A stretch of DNA of 64,000 nt from Trichoplax adhaerens (taxonomy: Eukaryota; Animalia; Placozoa): contig NW_002060965.1 in assembly GCF_000150275.1 (NCBI RefSeq), forward strand, positions 806,001-870,000. Reading direction: 5' to 3'. The notes beneath the pieces were generated by a model. It saw only the letters and a program-made list of their open reading frames with translations. It searched no databases and was not told the DNA's origin. Below are positions 52,882-64,000 of this stretch, piece after piece (the stretch's first letter is position 1; every line of letters starts with the position of its first letter). The translations under genes were made by a program, and so were the position numbers.

Positions 52882-54789
52882 TTATACTTGCACATAAGTC
52901 AGTTTTGGATGGCATAATCTTTCTTGCTCCAGTGGTTCATTAATGAAATCTGCCACGATTGCACCAGAATCTCTATGATCAACAGCACGAGATATCGAAT
53001 AAGCATTGCCCTCATTAATTATCTTAAGTAAATCACTCGAGTAATAAGCAATAGCATCAAACTGATTCATTTTCCATATGCCGTTTGGTGCGGCAGAGTT
53101 GTGCCTACATCGTTCCTGGAAAGGAATAGGTAAATAAAATGATTTTCTCCTTATGGATCTTTTTCTAACATTATCCAATAAATCGTCTGGTAATTGTAAT
53201 TTGATATCATAATGTAAAACTATTGATTCAAGGTCAACGATACGTGATATAACACCTTCTAATCCAGCTAACAAGGTATAATTGCAATAAGGACTAAGTT
53301 GGATGATCTCATGTCGGATGAATAAGCTTCGTTTTAGAATCTCTTTAATCGCTGGATGGATTATTTTGCAATCAATTATGTACAATTTAAAGAAACTATC
53401 ACGGCTGCTGTTGTAATATTGATTCAGTCGATGGACAAAGTTGGTAAATAACAAATTAAAAGTCGGACCATAATGTCGATGGTCAAGCATTAAGACTATA
53501 TTAACATTAGTTGTTGGATCCCATTGTAGATCACTCAATTGACATAATGTTTGTAAATGCGAAGAGTAAAATAAGTACTCAGAGACTCGCCAAATTCGTT
53601 GATTTACTTTCGATTGGATGACTAAGTCAACCAAGTAACGTTTCCCTCTTTGTTGATCAATTTTTTCTTCTATCCCGACAATTTTGAGCAACTTATATTG
53701 ATGCTCTGCTTCATGTTGATTCAATTTATACATAAACTGATTGGCAATTTGATGAGCTAATCCTGGATCGAGTAATCGATTACAATGAATAATATGGTCG
53801 CCATATTGAGTCATGACAGTAAATTTTCCATAAATGCTGTACGGCACTGTAAGTAGAAATTGCATTAGTTGACGATATCGACCGCGAAATCTTTTGCTAG
53901 CGATGACATAGCTAGGATTGCCATAAGTTGACGCAGGTAATGCACCAGTAAGAAAATGTCGTGGCAAAAATGGCAAGGTATGATATCGACTTGAATAGCT
54001 GGCAGGATCGTTATTGCTTGCAAAATCAATCGATTTCTGCTTAGCTGGTTCTTGTTTCTGTGGTAAATATTTCGAGGAAGATTTATCTATCGTAGACGGT
54101 AAAAGGTAATTGTTTGGATCTGGCATAGAGATAGAATTTCCCTGGATAGGTAGGTAACTACTCTCAGTTTTATTACGAAATTGATATTTCCAACGGAGTT
54201 GAATTAATCCTTCAGGTGCAATCATGGTATATAAGACTTGAATATAATATTTACCAGGTGCAGTTAGCTTCATTTTTTGAGATTCTATCGATGGATAATG
54301 ATTAATAGAGTGCTTTTCCTGTTGCTTAGCTGATTCTTTCGATTGATCATGGTATAGAATTCTAGCTGCATTGGAAGGATTTTTGTTTGTGCTAATCCAT
54401 AATTCTGCTTTGCCATCGGTTGTCAGTGAAAAAGTATAATCACTAGTCACAGGTGGATGAATAAATCCAATAATCTTCTGACCATAGCTAGTTCCCACCC
54501 CTTGCCATTGAAATTGTTGGATAGAGAAACAAGTGGTAGGATGTAATGGAAAAGAATGTAATTGACGTAAATCGCTGATATTATTAACGCAATTACTATT
54601 AAATTCATAATTCCATTGGTGAACACACAAATGGCCTATGCTAGATCCGGTCAAGTTTCTCCGCTTACATTGGATGCCTACGATGTATTTTAGAATGGAT
54701 TTGGATGGATTTTGACGAAAATAGATGAGAACTGTGTTGAGAATCGATATAACAATGGCAATAAATACACAGAGTCCAAGAAATTTCAT
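52882..54789 (-). CDS. B4GALNT3/4-like type II membrane protein (PA14 + GT7 fold), paralog 2, catalytic motifs lost
   Basis: 635-aa intron-free ORF. N-terminal TM; YGQKIIGFIHPP..YTFSLTTDGKAELWIS; IEEKIDQQRGKRYLVDL; YDIK replaces DLH, VDHRD occupies the WGGED position, no terminal HxxH. Confidence 0.88.
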   Translation of the reverse strand: MKFLGLCVFIAIVISILNTVLIYFRQNPSKSILKYIVGIQCKRRNLTGSSIGHLCVHQWNYEFNSNCVNNISDLRQLHSFPLHPTTCFSIQQFQWQGVGTSYGQKIIGFIHPPVTSDYTFSLTTDGKAELWISTNKNPSNAARILYHDQSKESAKQQEKHSINHYPSIESQKMKLTAPGKYYIQVLYTMIAPEGLIQLRWKYQFRNKTESSYLPIQGNSISMPDPNNYLLPSTIDKSSSKYLPQKQEPAKQKSIDFASNNDPASYSSRYHTLPFLPRHFLTGALPASTYGNPSYVIASKRFRGRYRQLMQFLLTVPYSIYGKFTVMTQYGDHIIHCNRLLDPGLAHQIANQFMYKLNQHEAEHQYKLLKIVGIEEKIDQQRGKRYLVDLVIQSKVNQRIWRVSEYLFYSSHLQTLCQLSDLQWDPTTNVNIVLMLDHRHYGPTFNLLFTNFVHRLNQYYNSSRDSFFKLYIIDCKIIHPAIKEILKRSLFIRHEIIQLSPYCNYTLLAGLEGVISRIVDLESIVLHYDIKLQLPDDLLDNVRKRSIRRKSFYLPIPFQERCRHNSAAPNGIWKMNQFDAIAYYSSDLLKIINEGNAYSISRAVDHRDSGAIVADFINEPLEQERLCHPKLTYVQV

Positions 54790-57689
54790 GACTTGGCCAT
54801 TTAAGGATCACTGATCAGAATATCTAATCTGATTATTCCGGATAGTGTTTCATATCCACTTTTAATAGGAAATTCAGAAAGATTGTTTTAATTGTATTAG
54901 TTAGTAATTCCAGTTGAGTTATGTGTCTTTGTGATCTTAGTTGGGCTCTTTAGGGGATATTTGTCCAATTCTGCTATATAGATTTTATAAGGCTACAACA
55001 TCAATCCTAGAAGATGATTTTTAGAAACTATCATTAAATCGTATTAAGAGATATACTTTATTAACATTTTACTGTAGGAATAACCCTTCAAGCCATTGTT
55101 CTCCCCTTAAATGTTCAAAGGGGTTATGGTAACAGCAAAAGCGGAATTGAAAGTTATTTTTTTAGACTATTTCGTTCGCTTCTTCCGTTGGCGCATCTGC
55201 ATTAAATCACCAAGTACTGCCTTAAATAAAGGAGAAAGAATATGGCTACCTGTATACTACTGTATCATCACAATCTAATTTTAAGCATGTACAGTATATA
55301 AAAAAGTGCATCAAATATTCCTAATTGTATGTTGCGTAGACCATAAATAAGGTTAAAACTGGACATGTACGAGTATACTCGAAATGTGTCGCGATTTGCC
55401 TTTAAAATGTCTATTGATCATTAATGTCACTGAAAGTAGACATAAAGTAGACATGAGAATTATATCTATCGACAAAAAGTAATTTTTTAGCTAGACTCGT
55501 GGCTTAACTGCGTTAAATATGCAGCACATGCATTAATAGTTTAATCGAAAATCGAAATTGCCATTTCTAATTTAATGTAGCATTGACGATTAGCAAATGT
55601 TTCACTGCTGCAAGAGAAACAACTCTCATTCACTCTTAAAAAGTCGACGAAAAGAAGCTATCTTTAGCCTCTTTGCTTAACTTAGCCTTACTTTACCAGC
55701 CATGAACCCCTTATGGAGACATAATATCTACTGCGGGTAGTGTCTTCGCAGCATCATTTCAAGCACGTATAGGTTGAAAATAGCGTATCTAACATTCCTA
55801 AATGATCTATGCATCGATCGTAAGCTTAAATTCGTACATTTCTATTAAATAGTCTAAGGGATGAGTGACGTTATTTTAAAATCGGTGGAAAGTACCGTAC
55901 TGCAATTAACCTATTGAATTAATTTTATTTAGCTTCTCTAGGCCTTCTAAAATTGACGACTTCGACACTATTTAGGATTTAGGTCCATCAATAATAATAA
56001 AATATAAGCTAATTTGATGCAAGTATATATAGAAAAATCACGTTTATCATTTCTAAATCTTCTATTGTAAGGAATGTAAGCAAGTTTGAGGATGGACATG
56101 CTACTAAGGGATTAGAATGGATATCCATTCTCACAAGTAAAAATATTGGATGGAATTATTGAAGCATAAATGTTAGGGTGGCCTTGAGAGCTCTCTTTAA
56201 ATCGAATTACAGTTTTTAAACATTCCTCCTTCATAGGGTTCATTTAGCTTTGTTGAATCGATTTCAGCATAAATAGAGCAATAATGTAAAATCATTTCTA
56301 GTAATATCATTGCCAGCTAATTTCATGCATCAATCCTAAATCACATGTTGCACTTAGCGTAAACAAGATTAAAATTAATTTCTTGGAAATGGATATTTGT
56401 GTTGACGAGAAAAAAATTAAGCGGGACCATGTTAATGGAGAAATAGACTAGAGAGTTATTGAAATCGCTTGAGATTCTAATAGTAGCTTGTTCTTTAGTA
56501 TTGGTAGTGATATTTCGAGGTAAGATTTACGTCTACCGTAACTGTATGAAATGGATCATCCATTCGATTTAACATGAACTAGAGCTATATCAGCTATTTT
56601 CCCTGTATTTTAGCAATATGAAATGTATCCATGGATAGAGTTATGACATATGGGAATGAAAGCTATAATTTATTGCAGGTACTAATAGTCATTAATTGGT
56701 GATTAAAGTATAATATAGACCATTAATCTGAAAACAATATAGTTCAAGGAAAGGCCTCTGACATAAAAATGGCAATGTTTTTAATTCACCATTAGTTTTA
56801 AAAGAAAATGATCAAAAATTTCACGGTGATAACATAAAATTCAGTTTAGCTTTAGATTTTACCTGATTGAAACTATGGTAGCAGTTACCCTACTGATGGA
56901 CCAAAAGAAATTTTGATTTTTCTTGCAATTAACACTGGCTTGGAAGAACTTTGTGACAAACTGGAAAGAAAGGGAGTCAACTGGAATCGATAGGTGTTTT
57001 GATTCCGTTTCTGGATTCTACAGTCCTTTCCATCCTTACTATTAAACAATTTTAAACTAGTTTACCAAGCTGTCTTGTCAATTTTACCATAATAATAGCT
57101 GGATTGCATGATAAGAATGTCAGTAACATGCTTCGACTGCCTCTTACTTTATGAATAACAATTGATAGCTTGGAGCAACATTTTCGCTCTATTGTGACTT
57201 TCATCTTCAACACTATACCAACGTCAATCAATTAATGGCGGTACGGCATATTAATTTTAACTGAGAAAAAATTGCTTCTGTTTTTCAATTTATCGTCAAT
57301 ACTTAATTTATCCTATCCACTTGTGCAGTAATGCTCTTCTAGCAAGCAGTATCGTCTTGAAGAAGGATAAGCAGTCGCCATTACCAGCCCTAATAGTTTA
57401 ATTTAATAATTTCGACATTGTACATTACCAATTATCGTGATTTAGATACCTTCATTTGAGCTACATTATATTGTTCTCTTAATAATGAGAATAATTCATG
57501 GCTAAAAGGTAAAAAATGACGCAACAAGTTACCTTTCTTCTTCTTATGCTCTACCTTTTCAGCTACTGCCATATTGTTGGCATGACTAGCATTCTGTATA
57601 GAATATGGACATGTTGAGCGAAATAATCTGTTTATTAAAGGACAACGGAAATCAATTTAAGACTATCCTTAATAACAAATAAACTAGCT

Positions 57690-58200
57690 AGTGATTGATT
57701 GCTAGTAGAATCATCATAATATGTTATCGCATGCTAATGATGTTATTTTGTGATGATAATGCAATTTTACATTTTTACTCGATATTGGGCCATAGCAAGT
57801 GATAATTGAGCCGAAATAACAACAACATCAAAGGTTTGAATTATGGCCATTCTCATTCTTGACTTGGTGAAGCAGAATCAACAGTTATATCTTTCCATAA
57901 TAATTATAATGCTGGTTTTTACTGCAGGTTTTACTTGATATCGGATTGTAGTAAGTGATCGATTAAGCAGAAATGGGCAATAAGTACGAATGAAAACATT
58001 GATTGATGGATCGTAAATATTCGTAACTGATCAAATAAAGTAATCGGTTGCTAATAGAAATCATCATAATATTATTACGTTAATTAAATCCTTCCATGAT
58101 GATCTGGTAGTTGTTCATTTTTTGCCTGATACTGGGCTATGAAAAATAATTAGATGAATTGAGATAATAATAAACTATATTGAGAATAACAATCTATCGT
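57690..58200. repeat. Highly diverged direct duplication, ~350-bp offset
   Basis: ttgcta.tagaa(a)tcatcataatat...gat.tgggc.at at ~57699 and ~58048. Confidence 0.55.
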
Positions 58201-60715
58201 AGTTTATTCGTAGTTTTATGAAACTGAATGATTAGTTATGAATAGGGATCGCGATAATACTCGTATTTTCCAACACTAATCATACCATTTGGTTGTAATA
58301 GCGTTATTCCAGATTTTCATTTGTTATTGAATTACGGTTTGTTTCGTATGGAATGAATTGAATAAAAATGGCAATAAACAATAATAGGAGTACCAGTTCA
58401 TCGTATTTATTAGCTGCTTAGTGAAGTGGATTAAAAACAGATTGACATCTATAGCATGCGAATCAACCTACGAAGTAGCATATTCCAGAAGCGTATTCGT
58501 TGCCTACTAATGCAATTACAGTTTTAAGTAAAATAAGTTCAGAACGGTTAATAAAGTTTCTGAAAATTATAGAAAGTAAATTTGTTTTGTTATCAGTAGA
58601 ATGGAGTTGGCAGGGGAACGTTAGCAGCAATAATAAAATAATTTAATTACAACTACTTGCGGATACTTGCAGATACACTCATCTCGTGTACATCGCATTA
58701 GTCAGTTATTGATGAGATTCTATACATATACGTATAGATGATGGTATTAGCGCCTTAATAATTATTATAATTAATTCATTCATTAATTACTTTCTTCAAA
58801 AGTCCAAAGTCCAGAATTTTCACGCTTTGATGTTATAATGCGAAGCATGAATAAATGCTATTAATGAAAGTCATCATTTACTATAGGCATAGAATACAGA
58901 TACACTTAACTACCAGATAGTACAGGTAAACAATCCAAATAGTATTGGCAAAATAATTACAGTTGCTTGATGCTTTATAATGTTAGCCTACGTATATTAA
59001 TTATCAAAAGTCAGATGAATCATTCGCACGGGAAGATGTGCAGGTTCAGTTAGTAATAAATAAATGATTTGGGCTATTGCCTTGACTCACATACTGTAGT
59101 AGGTATATCATGAGATCAGCAGAAGCTATATGAATCTTTCGAAAAAATTTTGTTTAAACTAAGTAATAATAGTTAGTAGTTCTCAAATACAATCACTATA
59201 TACGTTTGCCATTTGCAATAAATTTCAATAGTGCGATTGTAGTATGTGACTATATCAGACAGATAATTATAGTGAGAGTATACTGTAATATTGTTAAGTT
59301 ACTGCAAATTCTTAGTGTATGGTGTGATATACAATTCTAATTGCAGCTTTGAAATACCTATGTGGTAATAAATGACCGGTAGAATATACGGGAATTTTAT
59401 CAGATAATTGTATCTAATTAACTAACGGTAAATAATATTTCTCAAGTAGTTTATCTACCAGGGCTATACTAACATTCAACGTTTTAATTAATTACAGTCT
59501 TCTTCTCTTGCAGATCTACTAACGTTCTTGGATCTGACCAAGTTAACTACATTAACGATGGTCTTGCATAGCCAGTTAGAAAGTAAGGTGTAGATCGAAA
59601 GTATTTATGGGCCATAAAGTGTAACGTCAATATAGGACGTTTAATGGACTGATTTCTGTTACAATAACGCCTGACATTCCAAATTTCCAGCTTTAAATTA
59701 GATTAGGTTTTATTGCTGGTAAGATAAGGCGCTAACACAGGATAAATTTTTCATATGTTACACTGCCACGAATACAGTTACACAAGCATAAATAAATCAA
59801 CAAAAATTTTCAACTTGCAATGTCAATAACCAATTACTAGTTTTCAAAACATATCTTTTTTGATACACTGATCAGCAGATTAATTAAATAAGACAAAATA
59901 AATTTTTAATACTGAAATAGACACTGCATTTATCAGTCTGCCAAATATTCGAAAACTATTTCATCATTAATTGGGGAGTTGGGTATACTTTTCAGTCTGA
60001 TGTTCTGAATCCATTGTAGGCTAAATTATAATTCATAAGAATATTGCTATAACCATCTTTTCTGTTCCGCTACAGTTGCTAGCCGTCATTATTAAGATCA
60101 ATTAAGCATTTTAGCATTTTTTTAATTTAAAGAGATTGTACTATATTGGTATTTATAAGGTTTGTACGAATATGGAACAATCAATCATTCAGATTTGAGT
60201 CGTGTCTTGATATAATTGATATATATTGAAATTTTAAACTACAAAAATGAATATTTTAAGAGTGTTAGTGTGCTATAGGTATAAGATAATTTTGATGATA
60301 AATCGATGCTGTGAAAAAATTGTAAGTTTAACAAAGTCTATGCTCCCGATTAAAGGAAACAAATCAAAAAATTTGCTAAAAGAACTGAACCAACCGCCTA
60401 GGATGATATCACTGGTGTTATCATTAATATAACCAATGTCATTCCGATCTGATCAATTTAATAATAAGCTATTCTGATAAATTCATAGAGTAGTCAAGAA
60501 AATGTTACAGTGACTCTTATGCTTTATCATGAACAAAATGAGAAGTAAAAAAATTGTGAATTGTAGACGAATAGCGGTTGAATACAGTATTAATAAAAAT
60601 ATTTACAATGATGTCGTAGAAAATGGAATGAAAAGCTATGATGAGGAAATGACCAATACGTATGTAGACGATACAACCAATTTACACTTTCATCCATATG
60701 AGAATTATATGTTTT

Positions 60716-62710
60716 TTAATTTTTCCAATTCAATTTACGATGAAAGAAATGGAACATCCCAGGGTGGCAAAGCCTCTCAATTTCCATTTGATGTTTTAGT
60801 ATTCTATCAGCCATTTCAGAATCTTCGCCACCCCATTTAAATTTAAATTTTTCAACTTCCATACCACCAAGAGCATCATAATCACCTTTATAATAGGCCA
60901 TAATACCGAATCCATCTCTTTCGTAGAATCCGTTAGGATTGGATAAATTATGCCCACAATATAATCGAACAATAATGGGCATATAAACACTTCTTTTTCG
61001 AATACATCGTTTGCGAATATTATCTAATAAATCATGAGGGAAATTAATATGTAAATCATACTGTAATACTATACTTTCGGGATCATCGATACTGCGTATA
61101 GCAGTATCCATACCGATCGTTTTAGAGAAATTTTGATAATCTTTATACATAGGTATGACTTTATAATTTTGTAAAGGGCTAGCTTTCAATTCTTTTAATA
61201 CATCCAAATTTTCATTAGAATCACGGCCAAAATCAGCAATAATGACACTAAAATGTTTATCGCCAGTTTGGAGGTAGAAATTACTTAATTCTTTGATAAA
61301 ATAACGCACCCAACGTGATTGGCCTTTAACAGCCAAGCAAATATGAACATGGGTAATAGGATTCCAGACCACATCACTGATTAAGCAAAGAATTTGTGAA
61401 ACTTTACGATGATAAAAGTACTCGGAGATGCGTTGAATTTTTTGGTTGGTATTATCTTTGACTACCAAATCGAATAAGAGTCGGCTACCGCGACGAGGAT
61501 CGACTTTCTCTTCAACGCCAACATTTTCTATTAAGGTATATTGGTTGCGATACTTATCATTTAAAGCTGTCATAAATCGTGCAACAAGTGAATTGGTGCG
61601 TTTTGCACTGGCGATACGATTACATGATCGTAAGCGGTCACGATCAAATATTTTATAATCGAATTTACCTTGGACCATGTGTGCAATTTCTTGTAATTTA
61701 TTGACAGCACCATAAGTGCGTAATCTAGTTTTCTTCGTGACAATGTAAGTGGGTCGAAAGTAGCGACATGTCGGTAAAACAATGAGATTACGATGAGCTA
61801 TTTTAGGTATAACATGATAGTTACGACTAAAGTTGCTTTCTGGCTTACGAAATACTTTACTAATGCCAATACCTGGTTTGACAAATCGTTGGACCATATG
61901 ACTAGGTGAATGATAATTCGGTGAATGAGGAAAGAGAGATAAGTAATCTGTATGAATGGCTTGAGGCAAAGATTGAAAACGACCATTAAAATATTTCCAC
62001 CTTACTTCAACATATCCCTTGGCTAAGCGTTGACCATGTAATACTTCAACAAAATAAGGCCGATTAGCGTATAAATAAAACCAGCCCGATAATTGTGTCT
62101 CAACCCATTGCCATCTTTTCTCAGGGAATTCGACATCCCACGGTCTTTGCCATGGCTCTACCCAAGCGATCCTTTTGGCTTTGCTTGGTTGAGTACCATT
62201 ACTGAGCCATAACTCGGCGAAACTATTGGTAGTTAAGACAAAGGCATAATAACCATCTTTAGGAGGATGAATATAACCAAATATTCGTTGACCATAAATT
62301 TCAAGATCATAGAAATAGCGAAATTGATTTATAGCATGGCAAACTGAGGGTCGATTGGGGAAATATTTCAATTCACGTAAATCATCGACATCTTCTATAC
62401 AATCGGTGAAATTCTCCCACCGATATAAGCATAATTTCCCTCGGCCACGAGTTTTATCATTAGGATCGATATTACAAGGGCAACCATTTACGTTGTTGAT
62501 GTTGTGATTATTGGTATTCTTCTGATAATTATTGTTATCGTTATTGATTTGGTTAATTTCCATTGTAAGATCATGAATCGTTTCAGATTGTATACTTGAT
62601 CGTGACGTTGAGAAAAATGGTTTACGCTGATAGATTAATAAAATAGCGAAATCGATCACAGCAGCAAGTTGTAATAATAAAAGAAATTTAATCACCGTAC
62701 GTTTCATCAT
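60716..62710 (-). CDS. B4GALNT3: Beta-1,4-N-acetylgalactosaminyltransferase 3/4-like (LacdiNAc synthase type), paralog 3, catalytically intact
   Basis: 664-aa intron-free ORF. TM anchor, Asn-rich stem, PA14 (YGQRIFGYIHP, YFVEVLHGQ), and C-terminal YDLHINFP, GFGIMAYYKGD, LGGM, KWGGED and FHFFH, matching B4GALNT3/4 (CDLHIHFP, GFGLLGIYKSD, IGGM, RWGGED, FHHFH). B4GALNT3 vs B4GALNT4 orthology cannot be resolved. Confidence 0.9.
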   Translation of the reverse strand: MMKRTVIKFLLLLQLAAVIDFAILLIYQRKPFFSTSRSSIQSETIHDLTMEINQINNDNNNYQKNTNNHNINNVNGCPCNIDPNDKTRGRGKLCLYRWENFTDCIEDVDDLRELKYFPNRPSVCHAINQFRYFYDLEIYGQRIFGYIHPPKDGYYAFVLTTNSFAELWLSNGTQPSKAKRIAWVEPWQRPWDVEFPEKRWQWVETQLSGWFYLYANRPYFVEVLHGQRLAKGYVEVRWKYFNGRFQSLPQAIHTDYLSLFPHSPNYHSPSHMVQRFVKPGIGISKVFRKPESNFSRNYHVIPKIAHRNLIVLPTCRYFRPTYIVTKKTRLRTYGAVNKLQEIAHMVQGKFDYKIFDRDRLRSCNRIASAKRTNSLVARFMTALNDKYRNQYTLIENVGVEEKVDPRRGSRLLFDLVVKDNTNQKIQRISEYFYHRKVSQILCLISDVVWNPITHVHICLAVKGQSRWVRYFIKELSNFYLQTGDKHFSVIIADFGRDSNENLDVLKELKASPLQNYKVIPMYKDYQNFSKTIGMDTAIRSIDDPESIVLQYDLHINFPHDLLDNIRKRCIRKRSVYMPIIVRLYCGHNLSNPNGFYERDGFGIMAYYKGDYDALGGMEVEKFKFKWGGEDSEMADRILKHQMEIERLCHPGMFHFFHRKLNWKN

Positions 62711-64000
62711 GTCGAATTAAAAGGGTAAGGATTGTAGATTGATTTACTAGTTATTTCTTCGATAGTTTATCTTGGAGATGTTTTATTGGTTGGAAATTCT
62801 AACCATCGATCAGAACAGTCGATCTCCCCTGCACATCTAACGCTACTTAGCCACAATCAATTGGAATGGACGCTAACCAATTGAAATCGATTGTCCTTGC
62901 TCAATTCGATAACTAGTGGTATTCCCTATCGAAATGTGATCAATCACTGGAATGGAGGGAATAACGATGATGGCTACTGACTCAATCAACTCGAACCGAC
63001 AAGATGATTTCAACATGAGAGTAAATCGTCGTCGCTATGGAAAAGTTGCATGATTCTCATTGCAATGGATGTTATTTCTACTTGATCGAGGGTTTACTGC
63101 AATAGCGATTGCCGTTAAAATTGGATTTATTAAACTGTTAATCAAGCAGAAATTCTAAATGGCTTACATGATCTAGATGGTACGCATTGATTTACCATCG
63201 CCATCTTGATCTATTCTATACTGTTGTATGATACATTATGCCAACCAAGCATCTATCCCCTCTACTTCAACAAATCAACTCCAGCCAGTTGATTAACAAC
63301 AAGATAATCAACAGTAATTGCTGATGCCAACTCGATCATCGACTATAGCAATTGTGACAGTTTAATCGCGTTTTAATAGTGATCAATTTCAACAGCTAGC
63401 GATGAAAGAGGCTTCTATATAATTTAACAAATGATTCAATCGATTGATATCAGCCACAGTCATAGACTAACGACGAGAGGATGCCATGATCGCCACTGAT
63501 CGACGACGATTATTGAAGTTGTAGTAAGGTACTGTCCCGTTCACGATCTCTTTGGACTATAGATGCTAGACGAAGAACGGCTTAGTGATTGGCACTCCAG
63601 CCTCCGCCTATTGATGGTATCCATAATGATTGATTGACTCATTCTTCCTCAGAAAATGGCATTATAGTGTAGATAGTAGTCATGCGGAAACATGCCTCGG
63701 GTTAGGCTAGAAATGGAGATACCTTGATCAGAGATTTGCTTTGATAGGGATAATGGCTGCAATACAACGCTATAGGTGGTCGACTGGACTAGTCGTCGTC
63801 TCTCTCCATCAAAGCTAGTATAGTAATGCATAGTGGTGAAAGCCATGTTTTCGTATTATGGCTACGATTTGTATCGATTGTTCAACAATAGCAAGGTTCC
63901 AAAAACTTCTTCTCCAATTAATTAGCAATTATCCAAAGTCAATAAAGACTTCCCTCTTTCTTGAAGATGACAATCTTCACCTATAGATGATAGAAATCAG

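Noticed and set aside
55000-60700. Possible fourth decayed B4GALNT copy or transposase between paralogs 2 and 3
   Set aside because: No recognisable motif or ORF by eye; a tBLASTn with the paralogs would be needed to exclude it fully.
60529-61986. Antisense and alternate-frame ORFs overlapping paralog 3 (likewise 7754-7966, 8558-8740, 40339-40527)
   Set aside because: Short shadow ORFs of real coding sequence with no recognisable protein features.
1-64000. tRNA, rRNA or snRNA genes and autonomous transposons
   Set aside because: None recognised by inspection; tRNAscan-SE, Infernal and RepeatMasker could not be run.

Overview
AT-rich eukaryotic (animal) genomic DNA with short GT-AG introns. 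Compact gene structure and TACAG/CTGTA-rich intergenic tracts suggest an early-branching animal such as a placozoan (inference only). The window has two compartments. (1) 3-37 kb holds three consecutive head-to-head pairs of conserved genes: WDR11(-)/SPC24(+), PLPBP(-)/a divergent GOST-type 7TM protein(+), and non-muscle myosin regulatory light chain(-)/pantothenate kinase(+). Each shared upstream region carries an island of palindromic TACAG/CTGTA pentamers with local duplications and hairpins. (2) 37-64 kb holds three co-oriented, intron-free B4GALNT3/4-like genes (PA14 + GT7 domain), separated by several kb of old degenerate tandem arrays. Only the third paralog keeps the DxH, WGGED and HxxH catalytic motifs. 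The other two are full-length ORFs with eroded active sites, i.e. candidate pseudo-glycosyltransferases. The best candidates for new biology are this enzyme/pseudoenzyme cluster, the promoter-restricted pentamer islands, and a two-state hairpin at 20.5 kb. Exon boundaries and repeat counts were read by eye and need RNA-seq or computational confirmation.
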